Positions 10,131 through 20,144 of a stretch of DNA of 64,000 nt are shown here, in pieces (the first letter of the stretch is position 1; each line of letters opens with the position of its first letter). Source of the stretch: Gemmatimonadota bacterium (GTDB taxonomy: Bacteria > Gemmatimonadota > Gemmatimonadetes > Gemmatimonadales > GWC2-71-9); contig JBDHKN010000037.1 of assembly GCA_039586365.1 (NCBI GenBank), positions 1 to 64,000 on the forward strand, in the 5' to 3' direction. The position numbers and the translations under genes are program-made. The notes under the pieces were generated by a model. That model had not been told where the DNA came from. It did no database searches and saw only the letters and a list, made by a program, of their open reading frames with translations.

Positions 10131-10330
10131 CCCCGCTCCTAGCCATCGCCACTTCGCGTGTGCTTAAATAGGGTGTGGACACCACTTACAACGAGAAAGA
10201 CCCCGCCCGGCCAACACACCTGCCTGCGGCGCCGACCTGACGAAATCCGGGCACCACCCAGCCCGAAACGCGGCCGGCAGCACTCCGAAACAAAATAGCG
10301 CCCCTTAACGGCTTCTAGAAGGTCGGAGCA

Positions 10331-10358
10331 TTGACCGCAGACAAAGCTCCCCTATCTT
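10331..10358 (+). promoter_or_regulatory. Candidate sigma70-type promoter
   Basis: TTGACC-16 nt-TATCTT upstream of the CDS at 10531. Confidence 0.35.
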
Positions 10359-10450
10359 GCCACGGTGGCTGTGATGGGGCGGACCGAAATGCGCTGGGCC
10401 TGGTATCAAACAATGAGGCCAGCCTCGAGCGTGGTCCGTGACGAATAGAG

Positions 10451-10476
10451 TAAAGTGTTGATTATAAACGAGTTAG
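10451..10476. promoter_or_regulatory. Dyad IHF-like site
   Basis: taaagtgttgattataaacgagttag; the left half matches YAANNNNTTGATW exactly. Confidence 0.55.
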
Positions 10477-10530
10477 TGAGCAGTGCCGTGGCTGGATGAA
10501 GATGGATAACTTGGCGGGGGACACCAACCG

Positions 10531-11208
10531 ATGACGCTGATCGCCTGCCCTCGGTGCGGTCGCAAAGTGTTGAGCGTGGCCTCGGTCTGTCCCAACTGTT
10601 CGTTCTCCCTCACCGAACAGCGGGCTATAGATGCCCAAAGGGGCAGCGGTATCCGCTGCCACCAGTGCCAACAGGCGCTGCCAGCCAGTACGTCAGTCTG
10701 TCCTCATTGCGGCGAAGCCAGACGTTCGGATCGCCGTAGGCGCTGGCTTGTTCCGGGAGTCGGCTTGGCGGTGGTTATTGCGGTTGCGTTATACGTCCTA
10801 CCGAAGATCGATGCCGACCAGCCGCAGCAAAACGCAACCAGCACAGCAGAGCGACAGCTGGCCGCTCGGCCCGATTCCGTTCCACCCCAGCCGCAGGCGA
10901 CGGTCATTGCCGAGGAATCTCCCGCAACGTCCCTGGATTCTGCTCCGGCAAGAAGCCCGACAACGTTCCAAAGGACGCGCCCGGTCTCGGCCCGGTCCGG
11001 AGGCCTGACCGAGATCAGGTGGGCCTCAGATTATGTCAACGTGAGAGAACTCCGTGCAGTAGGTTCGGACATCGTTCGCGTTCTCAGCCCAGGCGAACGT
11101 GTCGAGGTCGGACTATCTTGGCAGGGCTGGTGGGCGGTCTTCGTGAACGGGCAGCCGGTGGGGTACGTTGACGGCTCATACCTACAGGACCAGCCTCCTT
11201 CTGGCTGA
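10531..11208 (+). CDS. Double zinc-ribbon, TM helix and SH3b-domain protein
   Basis: CPRC..CPNC and CHQC..CPHC, one TM helix, a Pro/Ser/Ala linker, then VNVR...L.PGERVEV...WW.V...GYV (bacterial SH3). Confidence 0.85.
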   Translation: MTLIACPRCGRKVLSVASVCPNCSFSLTEQRAIDAQRGSGIRCHQCQQALPASTSVCPHCGEARRSDRRRRWLVPGVGLAVVIAVALYVLPKIDADQPQQNATSTAERQLAARPDSVPPQPQATVIAEESPATSLDSAPARSPTTFQRTRPVSARSGGLTEIRWASDYVNVRELRAVGSDIVRVLSPGERVEVGLSWQGWWAVFVNGQPVGYVDGSYLQDQPPSG

Positions 11209-11255
11209 CACCTCGAGATCACGAGACTGCATCTGCCCGCCGCGCTGTTCCATAC

Positions 11256-12689
11256 TCATGGGGCACCTTTTTCCAACCTCATCCAGTCCGGCAGATCTGA
11301 GGGAATGGGCTTCTTGCCGTAGAAGAGATCATCCATTACAATCGCCAGTCTTCTAAACAGAGCTGAGTTACTCACGCCCCTTCTCACGACGTTGTGGAGC
11401 GGGTTGTCCGGGTGGGAATAGGGGCAGACCTTCATGCAACGCGCACAGTCGGTCCCGATTTGGCACCAGAAGGTGAAACAGGCTTCGGAATTGATCTGCC
11501 ATCGTATCACGCCCCCGATCTCGACTCTATCAGCGAAGGAGATCGCCCTGCTGGGACAGACGTCGGCGCATTTCCGGCAGTGACTACAGAAGTCGATCAC
11601 CGTCTCATCCCGACGAGGCTCATCCGCCACGAGGGGAAGATCGGTTGTGACGACAGCAATTCTCACCCGAGGGCCGAGCTCGGGCGTCATCAATAAACCC
11701 ATGCGACCGATTTCGCCCAGGCCAGCGTCTCTCGCCACCAAGGGACATACCACACGGTAGTTGCCGTCGATATGAGCCCGTGCTGGATAGCCCAATCTCC
11801 GGGAGAAATCGGCAATTTGCACTGCGATGGTACCAGACTCCAGATACTGCTGCGCAGATTCCATCACGGTGGGACTGTGGGGGGCACGATCGAGCATAGC
11901 TTTGTCCATCTCGACCGTCAGGGCTATCGCGAACGCATGGTTAAGCTCAACCGGCTCACCGTATTGCTCACCGCGGCCCACTACGCTGTACAGGTGGTAG
12001 TCCCGCAGCTGCGTAACGCCTACTGAGAGTGCGCCGAGTTTGAGCGCCCATTGTTTGACGAACTTCGTGATCTCTCCAGGATCTGCCACCGCTCTCTCGC
12101 TGGCGGTTTCTCCGTCCACGAATGGCCTGAGTCGTTCAATCGTCCAGAAGCTGGCATCGGCAGCGGGAAAGGCATAGGGATGGTAACCCGTGGCACCCCT
12201 GGCCAGCAGCCCTGGTTTATTCCTGAATCTGTCATCGAGGTGCTTCTTTCCCGGATGCGCCTTGTAGTACTGCTCGAACCTCGCGGAACCCACCTCCAGC
12301 AGTCTTCGCGAAAACATGATGTCACGCTCGTCTATGCGGGTCCGCGGAGTGTCGTCCGCAATCCGGACTTTCCCGCGCATGGGAAGAACGAGAAGCAGTG
12401 CGACCACTGCCGTCACAACGAGCAATATCCCAGCGATAGTGTTCTGGTATTTGAGGTGCAGCATTCCAACCAGCAGGTACGGAAGTGGTAGGAGCAGGAC
12501 CAGTGTGACAGCGAGCTTGGCAGCTCTCGGCTCGCCCTCCAGCTTGGACACGATGGCTACGTATAGCAGCAGGACGACCATGAGTGTCCCAACCACAAGG
12601 TTGGCGACCTGCAACACGGTAAGTTGGTGCGTCAACATCCCTCCTGCTTTGAGTGATGCGTTGCCACGATCACTCGACATAGCCTTCAC
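11256..12689 (-). CDS. Reductive-dehalogenase-like cobalamin/2x[4Fe-4S] protein with N-terminal TM helices
   Basis: Three N-terminal hydrophobic helices; RIDERDIMF; ARDAGLGEIGRMGLLMTPELGPRVR; Fe-S motifs CSHCRKCADVCP and CARCMKVCP. Confidence 0.85.
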   Translation of the reverse strand: MKAMSSDRGNASLKAGGMLTHQLTVLQVANLVVGTLMVVLLLYVAIVSKLEGEPRAAKLAVTLVLLLPLPYLLVGMLHLKYQNTIAGILLVVTAVVALLLVLPMRGKVRIADDTPRTRIDERDIMFSRRLLEVGSARFEQYYKAHPGKKHLDDRFRNKPGLLARGATGYHPYAFPAADASFWTIERLRPFVDGETASERAVADPGEITKFVKQWALKLGALSVGVTQLRDYHLYSVVGRGEQYGEPVELNHAFAIALTVEMDKAMLDRAPHSPTVMESAQQYLESGTIAVQIADFSRRLGYPARAHIDGNYRVVCPLVARDAGLGEIGRMGLLMTPELGPRVRIAVVTTDLPLVADEPRRDETVIDFCSHCRKCADVCPSRAISFADRVEIGGVIRWQINSEACFTFWCQIGTDCARCMKVCPYSHPDNPLHNVVRRGVSNSALFRRLAIVMDDLFYGKKPIPSDLPDWMRLEKGAP

Positions 12690-12716
12690 GAGAAGTGGTC
12701 TGGTGGTCTTCCAGCG

Positions 12717-14066
12717 CTACGACGATGCGCCATACGTTGCAGCACCGGCCAGTTCCAATTCGCCAGTCGCCTGCTGTCGCTCAATCGAGTGCTGCCTCCG
12801 TCCCAGCCATAGCCCGATCAACAACCACACCCCCGCCAGCGGTGCCACGGCGAATGAGATGGCGGCCATGCTCAGCCCCATCCAAGCCACCAAGGTGTAT
12901 GACCAAGCTGCGATCTGGTCGCCGCTGCGATACACGAATGTGTCGATGAGACTCTTGGCCTTGTACCTGTCCTCTCTACTCACGACTGTGTACAGGGTCT
13001 CACGTGTGGGCCTGGCCACAGCGAACTCTCCTGCTCTCCGCAACACCTGGAAGACGACCAGTATCGCTAGGGTCGGGACCAGACCAAAGGCAGTGAAGCC
13101 GACCATGCAAAGAGCGGGCAGCAACGCGAGCGTTGCTGCAACGCCCAGCGCCTTTATGATCCGTCCGGTCAAGAAGACTTGCGTCACAATGGCCAGCCCG
13201 TTCACGGCGAAGTCCAGCTTCGCAAAGAACGCGGTCCTTGCGGCGCGGTCCAGGAAGTACTGATCGGCGATCTGGGCTTGGTGGAAGTACAAAGTGGTGG
13301 AAGCCAACGTGTACATCAGCATGTAGCCGCAGATCCCCAGCAGATATGGCGACCGAGCGACATGGGAAAATCCCGCTAACATGGTACCGCCGATCGGTCG
13401 TTCTTCATCTGCCTCAGTTCCTCGTGCTCGCCGGAGATTGACAAACAAGTCCGACAGCCGGCGGACGAAGAGCACAGCCATTTCCAACAGCATTGCCGAG
13501 ATGAGCAACAGGTTAGCCGCACCAAGTCGCTGGACGAGAAACGCGGTTATTGCAGCACCGAACAGCCCACCTAGGGTTCCTCCGACTCCAATGAAGCCGA
13601 ATAGTCGCTTACTCTGTTCTGTGCGAAACACGTCCGCCATGAAGGCCCAGAATATGGAAACCACAAACAGATTGAACACGCTGGTCCAGACGAACAAGGT
13701 CCTGCCAATCCAGATCTCGTATGGCTCGGGCAACACGTTCAATGCGACGAAGAAGATGACCAGATTTGCCATGAAGAACCGGTACGTCATGGAGACAAAT
13801 CGCCTCCGAGAGAACCTCATCACTAGTCCCGCAAAGATGGGGTTCAAGATCAGCATCGAGATCAGCGTACCGGTGAAGAGCCACGGGAGGTTGCGCACGC
13901 CGCCAGCCACACCCATCTCGTCGCGGATGGGGCGGATCACGTAGTAGGCGGACAGGATGCAGAAGAAGTAGGCGCCCGACAGAATCAGCGCACGAATCTC
14001 GCTATCCCGCACATCTACGATGCGCTGCAGAACGCGGCTCAGAGTTCCGCCCGGATTGGAAGACAT
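12717..14066 (-). CDS. MFS transporter, nucleotide translocase (TLC/AAA)-like
   Basis: Motifs YYVIRPIRD, FWAFMADVF..EQSKRLFG and YKAKSLIDTFVYRSGD; many TM helices. Confidence 0.88.
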   Translation of the reverse strand: MSSNPGGTLSRVLQRIVDVRDSEIRALILSGAYFFCILSAYYVIRPIRDEMGVAGGVRNLPWLFTGTLISMLILNPIFAGLVMRFSRRRFVSMTYRFFMANLVIFFVALNVLPEPYEIWIGRTLFVWTSVFNLFVVSIFWAFMADVFRTEQSKRLFGFIGVGGTLGGLFGAAITAFLVQRLGAANLLLISAMLLEMAVLFVRRLSDLFVNLRRARGTEADEERPIGGTMLAGFSHVARSPYLLGICGYMLMYTLASTTLYFHQAQIADQYFLDRAARTAFFAKLDFAVNGLAIVTQVFLTGRIIKALGVAATLALLPALCMVGFTAFGLVPTLAILVVFQVLRRAGEFAVARPTRETLYTVVSREDRYKAKSLIDTFVYRSGDQIAAWSYTLVAWMGLSMAAISFAVAPLAGVWLLIGLWLGRRQHSIERQQATGELELAGAATYGASS

Positions 14067-14099
14067 GCGCCCGATGAAGAGCCGATCTCGTTCCCTAGT

Positions 14100-14753
14100 T
14101 CATGGATAGAGACGTACGACTTGCCAGTCGCCGTCGACCCTCTGGTAACACAAGCGATCGTGCAGGCGGTTGAGACGGCCCTGCCAGAACTCAATCCGCT
14201 GAGGTCTCAGCCTGAACCCGCCCCAGAAGTCCGGGAGCGGGATGTCACCACCCTCGAATCGGCGTTCGTACTCCAGGAAACTCTGCTCCAATTCCATGCG
14301 ACTGCCGAGTACAGAACTCTGCTTGGATGCCCAGGCCCCGATGCGGCTCCCCCTGGGCCGCGACCGAAAGTAGGCTTCAGATTCCCGTTGCGCGATCTTC
14401 GCGACAGCTCCCTCCACCCTCACCTGCCGCTGCAGAGTGGGCCAATGGAAGACTAGAGCGGCCTGCTTACTGTCAATCAGCTCAGTAGCTTTTCTACTCT
14501 CATAGTTGGTGTAGAAGACGAACCCTTCGCTATCTACCCCTTTCAACAACATCATGCGTGCCGAAGGAGCACCATCCTTCGTGCAGGTCGCCAGAGTCAT
14601 GGCTTCAGGAAGGAACAGACCTGCTTGCTTGGCACTGGCATACCACTGCTTGAATAGGGCGATAGGATCATCGGCTGTGGTCAGCTGGGGTAGACCGCCG
14701 ACCATTCCCTGTCCCAAGGTGATAAGCGCCCGCAACTTCGCAATCAATGACAT
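14100..14753 (-). CDS. pdxH: Pyridoxamine 5'-phosphate oxidase
   Basis: Motifs AMTLAT, RMMLLK, FYTNYESRK, RQVRVEG and EFWQGRLNRLHDR. Confidence 0.96.
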   Translation of the reverse strand: MSLIAKLRALITLGQGMVGGLPQLTTADDPIALFKQWYASAKQAGLFLPEAMTLATCTKDGAPSARMMLLKGVDSEGFVFYTNYESRKATELIDSKQAALVFHWPTLQRQVRVEGAVAKIAQRESEAYFRSRPRGSRIGAWASKQSSVLGSRMELEQSFLEYERRFEGGDIPLPDFWGGFRLRPQRIEFWQGRLNRLHDRLCYQRVDGDWQVVRLYP

Positions 14754-14911
14754 ACTGAATCTGGCCTATGGCTTTCAGGTTCTCCGAGACGTCCGTGGCT
14801 CCCAATAGATGGTGTCAAAGTTCACTCCGTTTGCGTGGTTGCCTCAATCTAACAGTCCCCGTTGTCCGTACCGGAGCATGTCACGGTCGAAGGGAGATGT
14901 AGGAGCGCAGC

Positions 14912-16021
14912 TCATGCTACTGCGTCGACTTCGATCTCAAACAACAGATCGTCACGACATATGACGCCTTGGGTGAGCGCCAGCGGTAGGCCAGATAGTC
15001 CGTGCTCCTGGCAGTGGGAATCGAACACGGGTCGATCGCCAAGATCTTTGAAATAGGCAATCCCTCTCGACACGTTGCGCCAGTTCATGCCCCGGGAGGA
15101 GAGTATGGCCTCGACCACCTCCATGGTCAGCGATATCTGGCCCGCAACATCACCCACGTGAGCCGTTTCCCCATGTGGTGCGATGCTCGCGGTGCCTGAG
15201 ACGAATAGTCTTCGGCGATCCCCCCACTTGATCTCGGCTGCGCGACTGAAGGAACTCCGGTAGTCGCTGGCAGGACACTGTAGCGGCGAAGGTATCGCCT
15301 CCGCCCGTACCTCCCTCCTAGCACCTCTCATCGCGACGCACGCGGCGACTACCGCATGACGGGCCGGATTTGATACGCCTATCCCTGTGCTCGCCGGCAT
15401 CCTGCCCTTGGTAATGCCCCGGTTCTCAAAGAACTCCCAGCGCACCGTATTGAAGTCGCTGTACCAGTTCAGAATGTCGTCGATGTACAGCCAGGTCCGC
15501 ACCACATCAGTGAAGTCCATTCCAACCAGCTGCAGTACCTCCTCCAGTTCCCGGAATGTCGCCCGCGCCTGTACCGCATTCGCCGCCGACGAATCGGGTG
15601 CCGATACTCCGCCGACATGGCAAAGGCGTACATCGTCGTCCCAGTATGCTGTCCCCACAACGCGCTCTTCGAGTTCCAGTGTCTGCACGCTGACGCCGCG
15701 CACCGCTGACATCTGGGTGCACACGAAAGAGGGACCGCCGTCGATCCAAGTCACGGGCCACGCGATCGTCCCCACCGCTTGCTCGAGTGCCGCTAGACCT
15801 GGTGCAGCCAGTTCCGGAGCCCCGAACACAGTCTGCGACAGCGGCTGCAGTTTCTTGTCGCTCACCGTCCTGGCAAGATCCTCAAACATGGCAGCGAGGG
15901 CGCTGGGCGCCACAGGACACGAGGTCAGGTGTGCCGTCTCGAAGCCGCCGTCACGCGACGTGACAACAGTCAGGCCGGTCGACGTTTCTACCAACAGTGG
16001 TGGTCGATGGTCAGTTACCAT
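14912..16021 (-). CDS. Multi-domain Rid (YjgF) family protein, FkbO/Hyg5 chorismatase-like
   Basis: Motifs VRTW, PASTGIG, SFSRA, LFVSGTASI and ICRDDLLFEIE. Confidence 0.75.
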   Translation of the reverse strand: MVTDHRPPLLVETSTGLTVVTSRDGGFETAHLTSCPVAPSALAAMFEDLARTVSDKKLQPLSQTVFGAPELAAPGLAALEQAVGTIAWPVTWIDGGPSFVCTQMSAVRGVSVQTLELEERVVGTAYWDDDVRLCHVGGVSAPDSSAANAVQARATFRELEEVLQLVGMDFTDVVRTWLYIDDILNWYSDFNTVRWEFFENRGITKGRMPASTGIGVSNPARHAVVAACVAMRGARREVRAEAIPSPLQCPASDYRSSFSRAAEIKWGDRRRLFVSGTASIAPHGETAHVGDVAGQISLTMEVVEAILSSRGMNWRNVSRGIAYFKDLGDRPVFDSHCQEHGLSGLPLALTQGVICRDDLLFEIEVDAVA

Positions 16022-16276
16022 GACTCATTTGCACGTACGGTTCCCCGAGATTCGGCAAGGCTGTTGCCTCCGAGCCGACACTACCTCTTCCAACGCGTCG
16101 GCCCGACTGAGGTGCACGCGAATTCGCAGGCCGACCATCATGCTCGGGAAGAATAACCTCCCTCCTCCATCTCGCACACTACATCGATACAGTCGCGCGC
16201 TTCCAGCGACGGAACATCCTTACTGTGCCGTTGGCCGGCTGGTAACTTAGCAGCGCATAGCAACAAGGAGATCGTC

Positions 16277-16735
16277 ATGCAGAGAAAGCTGCTCGGGGCT
16301 ACCGTCCTCGCCATCGTGTTGCCGGTCTGCCTGCAAGCACAACAATGGTCCCCCGCACAGCAAGCGGTGTGGCGGGGTGTTGAGTCGTACTGGGGCTTGT
16401 TTGCGAAGGAAGATATCGACGGGTTTCTCTCCCAGCTCCACGACGACTTCAGCGGCTGGTCCTACGGTGCCGCGTTGCCGCGCACCAAAGCGGACATGGA
16501 GCAATCACTGACACACGATTTTGCGACGTCGGAGACAATCATCTACGATATCAAACCCGTAGCGATCAAGCTGCACGGTGATGTTGCGATTGTGCACTAC
16601 TACTTCAGCCGAACGTACCTGGACACCAATGGCGACCATCACACCGCGACCGGGCGCTGGACGGACATACTCATCCGCCAGGGAGATCGTTGGATAATGA
16701 TTGGCGATCACGGGGGAGCTGGCACCGGTGCGTGA
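16277..16735 (+). CDS. Secreted NTF2-like (DUF4440/SnoaL-like) protein
   Basis: Signal peptide; GDVAIVHY...GRWTDIL...W.MIGDH; RBS aaggag. Confidence 0.85.
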   Translation: MQRKLLGATVLAIVLPVCLQAQQWSPAQQAVWRGVESYWGLFAKEDIDGFLSQLHDDFSGWSYGAALPRTKADMEQSLTHDFATSETIIYDIKPVAIKLHGDVAIVHYYFSRTYLDTNGDHHTATGRWTDILIRQGDRWIMIGDHGGAGTGA

Positions 16736-16865
16736 ACGGAGATTCGACACCCACACGCCAAACGCCTGGTAGATGCCCGGGCGTTTGGCCGTCCGTTTCG
16801 GAATCCTCGGTGCAGACAGTGCACGGGAGCCCTCCCTGCACCACGTCAGCTCAACAAGGCCGAAT

Positions 16866-18002
16866 CTAGCTGCTCCGAGCACTAGAGAGAGGATTCCCGC
16901 CCGAGGTGTCCGGCAGGAACTCTTTGAAGGCCACCCCGTATATGTCCCACACGGTCACGAACAACGCCGCGACGATCGGTCCGATGATGAAGCCAACAGC
17001 ACCAAATAGTAGGATGCCACCCAACGTACTCAGCAGAATCATCAGATCGGACATCTTGGTGTCTTTGCCGACGAGCCGCGGTCGGAGCACATTGTCCAAC
17101 GTCCCGACGACGAGCGCACACCAGAGCGTGAGACCGACGGCAGCCGCAAGCTTCCCCGCAGCTAACAGGTATATCACCGCCGGCACCCAGACCAGAGCAG
17201 CGCCGACTCCAGGAATGACAGACAGGACTGCCATCACGGTTCCCCAGAAGGCCGCTCCCCCAAGCCCGGCCACCAAGAAGCCCAGTCCCGCCAATCCACC
17301 TTGGAGAATCCCGATAACCAGCGTGCCCTTGAGAGTCGCTCGTGCCACCGAAACGAACTTCTCAACCATCCTATCCTCTTCTTTGGGCGCCAACGGCATG
17401 TAGTAGAGAATGCGATTCAGAATCGAGCCCCCATCTATCAAGAAGAAGAACATCGCATAAAGCATGATCAGGAGCTGAAACAGAAACCACACCGTTCCCT
17501 TTGTTGCTGCCGTAACACTATTCACGAGAAACGTGCCTACGCTGCTGGTCAATTCACCGACTTTGCCGATTATCTGATCCTGAAAGGGCTCCAGTCGCTC
17601 AACTAACGGAATGCGTTGGAGCCATCTGTCAACCGCGTCCGGTCGACTTACCTCCTGCTCGATCCAGGGCCCCACAGATTGACTCACATCAACTGCCTGC
17701 GAGGTAACTACTCCCAAGAAGCCGGTAATTGGAATCACGATCACAAGCAGGACAATGAAGATCGTGGTCGCTGCGGCCAGCCCGCGCTTGTTCTTGAAGG
17801 CGCTCAGCAAACGACTATAGAGAGGATGTGTCATGCCAGTGAAGATCCCGGCCAGTAAAACGGCCATCAGAAACCGTCGAATCATCATGATGAACACGAC
17901 CGAAATGGCTATCGCTAGGAGGATCAAGAAACCCTTCGCGAACTTGTCCCGAGTCTGATCTGGCGGACTCATGCGTAACTCCGAAATTTGGGGGTGAATC
18001 AT
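16866..18002 (-). CDS. AI-2E family transporter
   Basis: Motifs IPGVGAALVWVP, DNVLRP and GFIIGP; many TM helices. Confidence 0.92.
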   Translation of the reverse strand: MIHPQISELRMSPPDQTRDKFAKGFLILLAIAISVVFIMMIRRFLMAVLLAGIFTGMTHPLYSRLLSAFKNKRGLAAATTIFIVLLVIVIPITGFLGVVTSQAVDVSQSVGPWIEQEVSRPDAVDRWLQRIPLVERLEPFQDQIIGKVGELTSSVGTFLVNSVTAATKGTVWFLFQLLIMLYAMFFFLIDGGSILNRILYYMPLAPKEEDRMVEKFVSVARATLKGTLVIGILQGGLAGLGFLVAGLGGAAFWGTVMAVLSVIPGVGAALVWVPAVIYLLAAGKLAAAVGLTLWCALVVGTLDNVLRPRLVGKDTKMSDLMILLSTLGGILLFGAVGFIIGPIVAALFVTVWDIYGVAFKEFLPDTSGGNPLSSARSS

Positions 18003-18114
18003 CGCGCGCCGCGAGCACTTGTCGCCTAAGGATGCACATCAGATGGAGCCAAGCAAAGTGGGACACGGATCCGATGCCCTGTCCCACCTCATGCACAGCA
18101 CCGCGTGCGGACTG

Positions 18115-19668
18115 CTAACCGAATGTGATCCCCTGCGCCAGCGGCAGCTCCGTGCTCCAGTTCACGGTGTTTGTCTGACGCCGCATATAGGCCTTCCAGG
18201 CATCCGACCCCGACTCTCGACCACCACCCGTTTCCTTCTCCCCACCGAAAGCACCACCGATTTCGGCACCACTCGTTCCGATATTCACATTCGCGATTCC
18301 GCAATCGCTGCCCCTAGCCGATAGGAAGTACTCCGCCTCACGCAAATGCTCGGTGAAGATCGCCGAGGACAAACCTTGCGGCACAGCATTGTGGAGGTCA
18401 ACAGCCTCCCCGATTTCATCAACCGCTTGTTTCGGTGAAGACGATGCAGATCCGTATCCGATGATATAGAGGATCGGCGCAAAAGTCTCCTCTTGCACGA
18501 TTTGATACTCGTTCCTAGCCGCCGCCACGCACGGCTTCACGTAGTGACCTCCAGGAAAGCCTGGGCCATCCAACGACTCGCCGCCGTAGAGAATCTCACC
18601 GCCCTCTTCAAGGACGCGCTTGATGGCGTTTTGTAGGTCGGAGACAGCGTCGCGAGTGACCAAGGGACCCATCAGCGTTTCCGGCTTGCGAGGGTCGCCG
18701 ATTCTAATGTCGTGGTATGCTGCAACGAGGCGAGAGACCAACTCTTCTTTGATCGACTCGTGGACTATGATCCGGCGCGTACTGGTGCACCGCTGACCCG
18801 CGGTACCAACGGCTCCGAATAGGATCGCAGGAAGCACCAGATCCATATTGGCATGGGGTGTCACGATGATCGCGTTGTTGCCGCCCAACTCGAGAATCGT
18901 GCGACCCAAGCGCTTACCGACCACCGCGCCGACTCGGTATCCCATTTGGCAGCTGCCAGTGGCGGACACCAGCGGTATGCGACTGTCATGTAACAGCTTG
19001 TCACCGACAGTCGATCCCTTCCCCACAATTAGTGAGAAGATCGCCGGATTCACGCCGTTCGCTCTGCAAACTTGCTCAGCGATCTTGGTGCAGGCAACTG
19101 CTGTAAGGGGCGTCTGACTCGACGGCTTCCACAGTGTGCTGTCACCGCACACTGCCGCGAGAGCGGCATTCCAGCTCCAAACCGCCACCGGGAAATTGAA
19201 GGCACTGATCACAGCCACGACCCCGAGGGGATGCCATTGCTCGAACATCCTGTGGTCTGGCCGCTCCGACTTCATCGTGAGTCCATATAGCTGACGCGAA
19301 AGGCCTGTGGCAAAGTCGCAGATGTCTATCATCTCCTGAACTTCACCCTCCCCCTCAGCGATGATCTTGCCCATCTCAAGGGTCACGAGGGCCCCAAGCT
19401 CCTGCTTGACTTCACGCAGCCGATTGCCCAGTTGGCGGACCACTTCGCCTCGTTTGGGGGCCGGTATGGTTCGCCACTCTAAGAAGGCCCGCTGGGCTTC
19501 AGCTACGATTCGGTCGTATTCACCCTCGGTGACTTGCTTGACGCTGGCTATCGCAGATCCGTCGATTGGAGTGACGACCTGGGAGTCGGGGCCGGAGCCG
19601 ATCCATTCACCACCGAAGCCACCCAAGTTGACGTCCCTTATGCCAAGTGTCCTGAGAAAGTCAGACAT
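18115..19668 (-). CDS. Aldehyde dehydrogenase family 7 (piperideine-6-carboxylate/alpha-aminoadipate semialdehyde dehydrogenase-like)
   Basis: Motifs GEVQEMIDICDFA, SAFNFP, LELGGNN, GTAGQRCT and GAEIGGAFGGEKETGGGRESGSD. Confidence 0.95.
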   Translation of the reverse strand: MSDFLRTLGIRDVNLGGFGGEWIGSGPDSQVVTPIDGSAIASVKQVTEGEYDRIVAEAQRAFLEWRTIPAPKRGEVVRQLGNRLREVKQELGALVTLEMGKIIAEGEGEVQEMIDICDFATGLSRQLYGLTMKSERPDHRMFEQWHPLGVVAVISAFNFPVAVWSWNAALAAVCGDSTLWKPSSQTPLTAVACTKIAEQVCRANGVNPAIFSLIVGKGSTVGDKLLHDSRIPLVSATGSCQMGYRVGAVVGKRLGRTILELGGNNAIIVTPHANMDLVLPAILFGAVGTAGQRCTSTRRIIVHESIKEELVSRLVAAYHDIRIGDPRKPETLMGPLVTRDAVSDLQNAIKRVLEEGGEILYGGESLDGPGFPGGHYVKPCVAAARNEYQIVQEETFAPILYIIGYGSASSSPKQAVDEIGEAVDLHNAVPQGLSSAIFTEHLREAEYFLSARGSDCGIANVNIGTSGAEIGGAFGGEKETGGGRESGSDAWKAYMRRQTNTVNWSTELPLAQGITFG

Positions 19669-19811
19669 TACCTCAACTCGCTGTTTTTCGTGGTTGGCAG
19701 AACGCGAAGCTCCAAGGTCTGAATGCTGCGCCAGAAAACTGGCCGAAATGATTCTACCAGTTTTCGTGCAACGAGGCCACGGTATCGTGGGCGACGTTGT
19801 GCCAATTTCTG

Positions 19812-19839
19812 TAATTGCCTGTTCTGTAACAGGTTACAG
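19812..19839. promoter_or_regulatory. Dyad IHF-like motif overlapping the perfect palindrome ctgtaac-ag-gttacag
   Basis: taattgcctgttctgtaacaggttacag lies in the divergent intergenic region upstream of the ALDH gene. Confidence 0.5.
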
Positions 19840-19991
19840 TATTGCCCCAGATTTGTTGGGTCGTGGAACGTCCTACATTGAGGACGCTTGCGGGAGGCCA
19901 ACCACCACGGGCTGCCAGCTGGAGTGTGACCTTCGCCACAGATGAGGGTCAGGGGGAGGCGGTATGGTGCCGCGAGCAGAGGGGGTGCTGC

Positions 19992-20144
19992 ATGACAACC
20001 TACGCCACTATGGTATGGCTTGGATTCTGGATAGGCTTGACGCTGGCCTCGACGGCTGCCGCACTTGTGGCCGTCGATTGGGTCTCATGGTACCTAGGCC
20101 GTCGGCGCCCCCGCTCCAGCCGCTGTAGATCACCCCAGTTCTGA
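19992..20144 (+). CDS. Small single-TM protein
   Basis: RBS gaggggg; MTTYATMVWLGFWIGLTLASTAAALVAV followed by a basic tail. Confidence 0.5.
   Translation: MTTYATMVWLGFWIGLTLASTAAALVAVDWVSWYLGRRRPRSSRCRSPQF

Noticed and set aside
10237..10269. CTGACGA...GAAAC hammerhead-like core
   Set aside because: Stem II does not start directly after CUGANGA, and no NUH cleavage triplet with stems I/III could be built.
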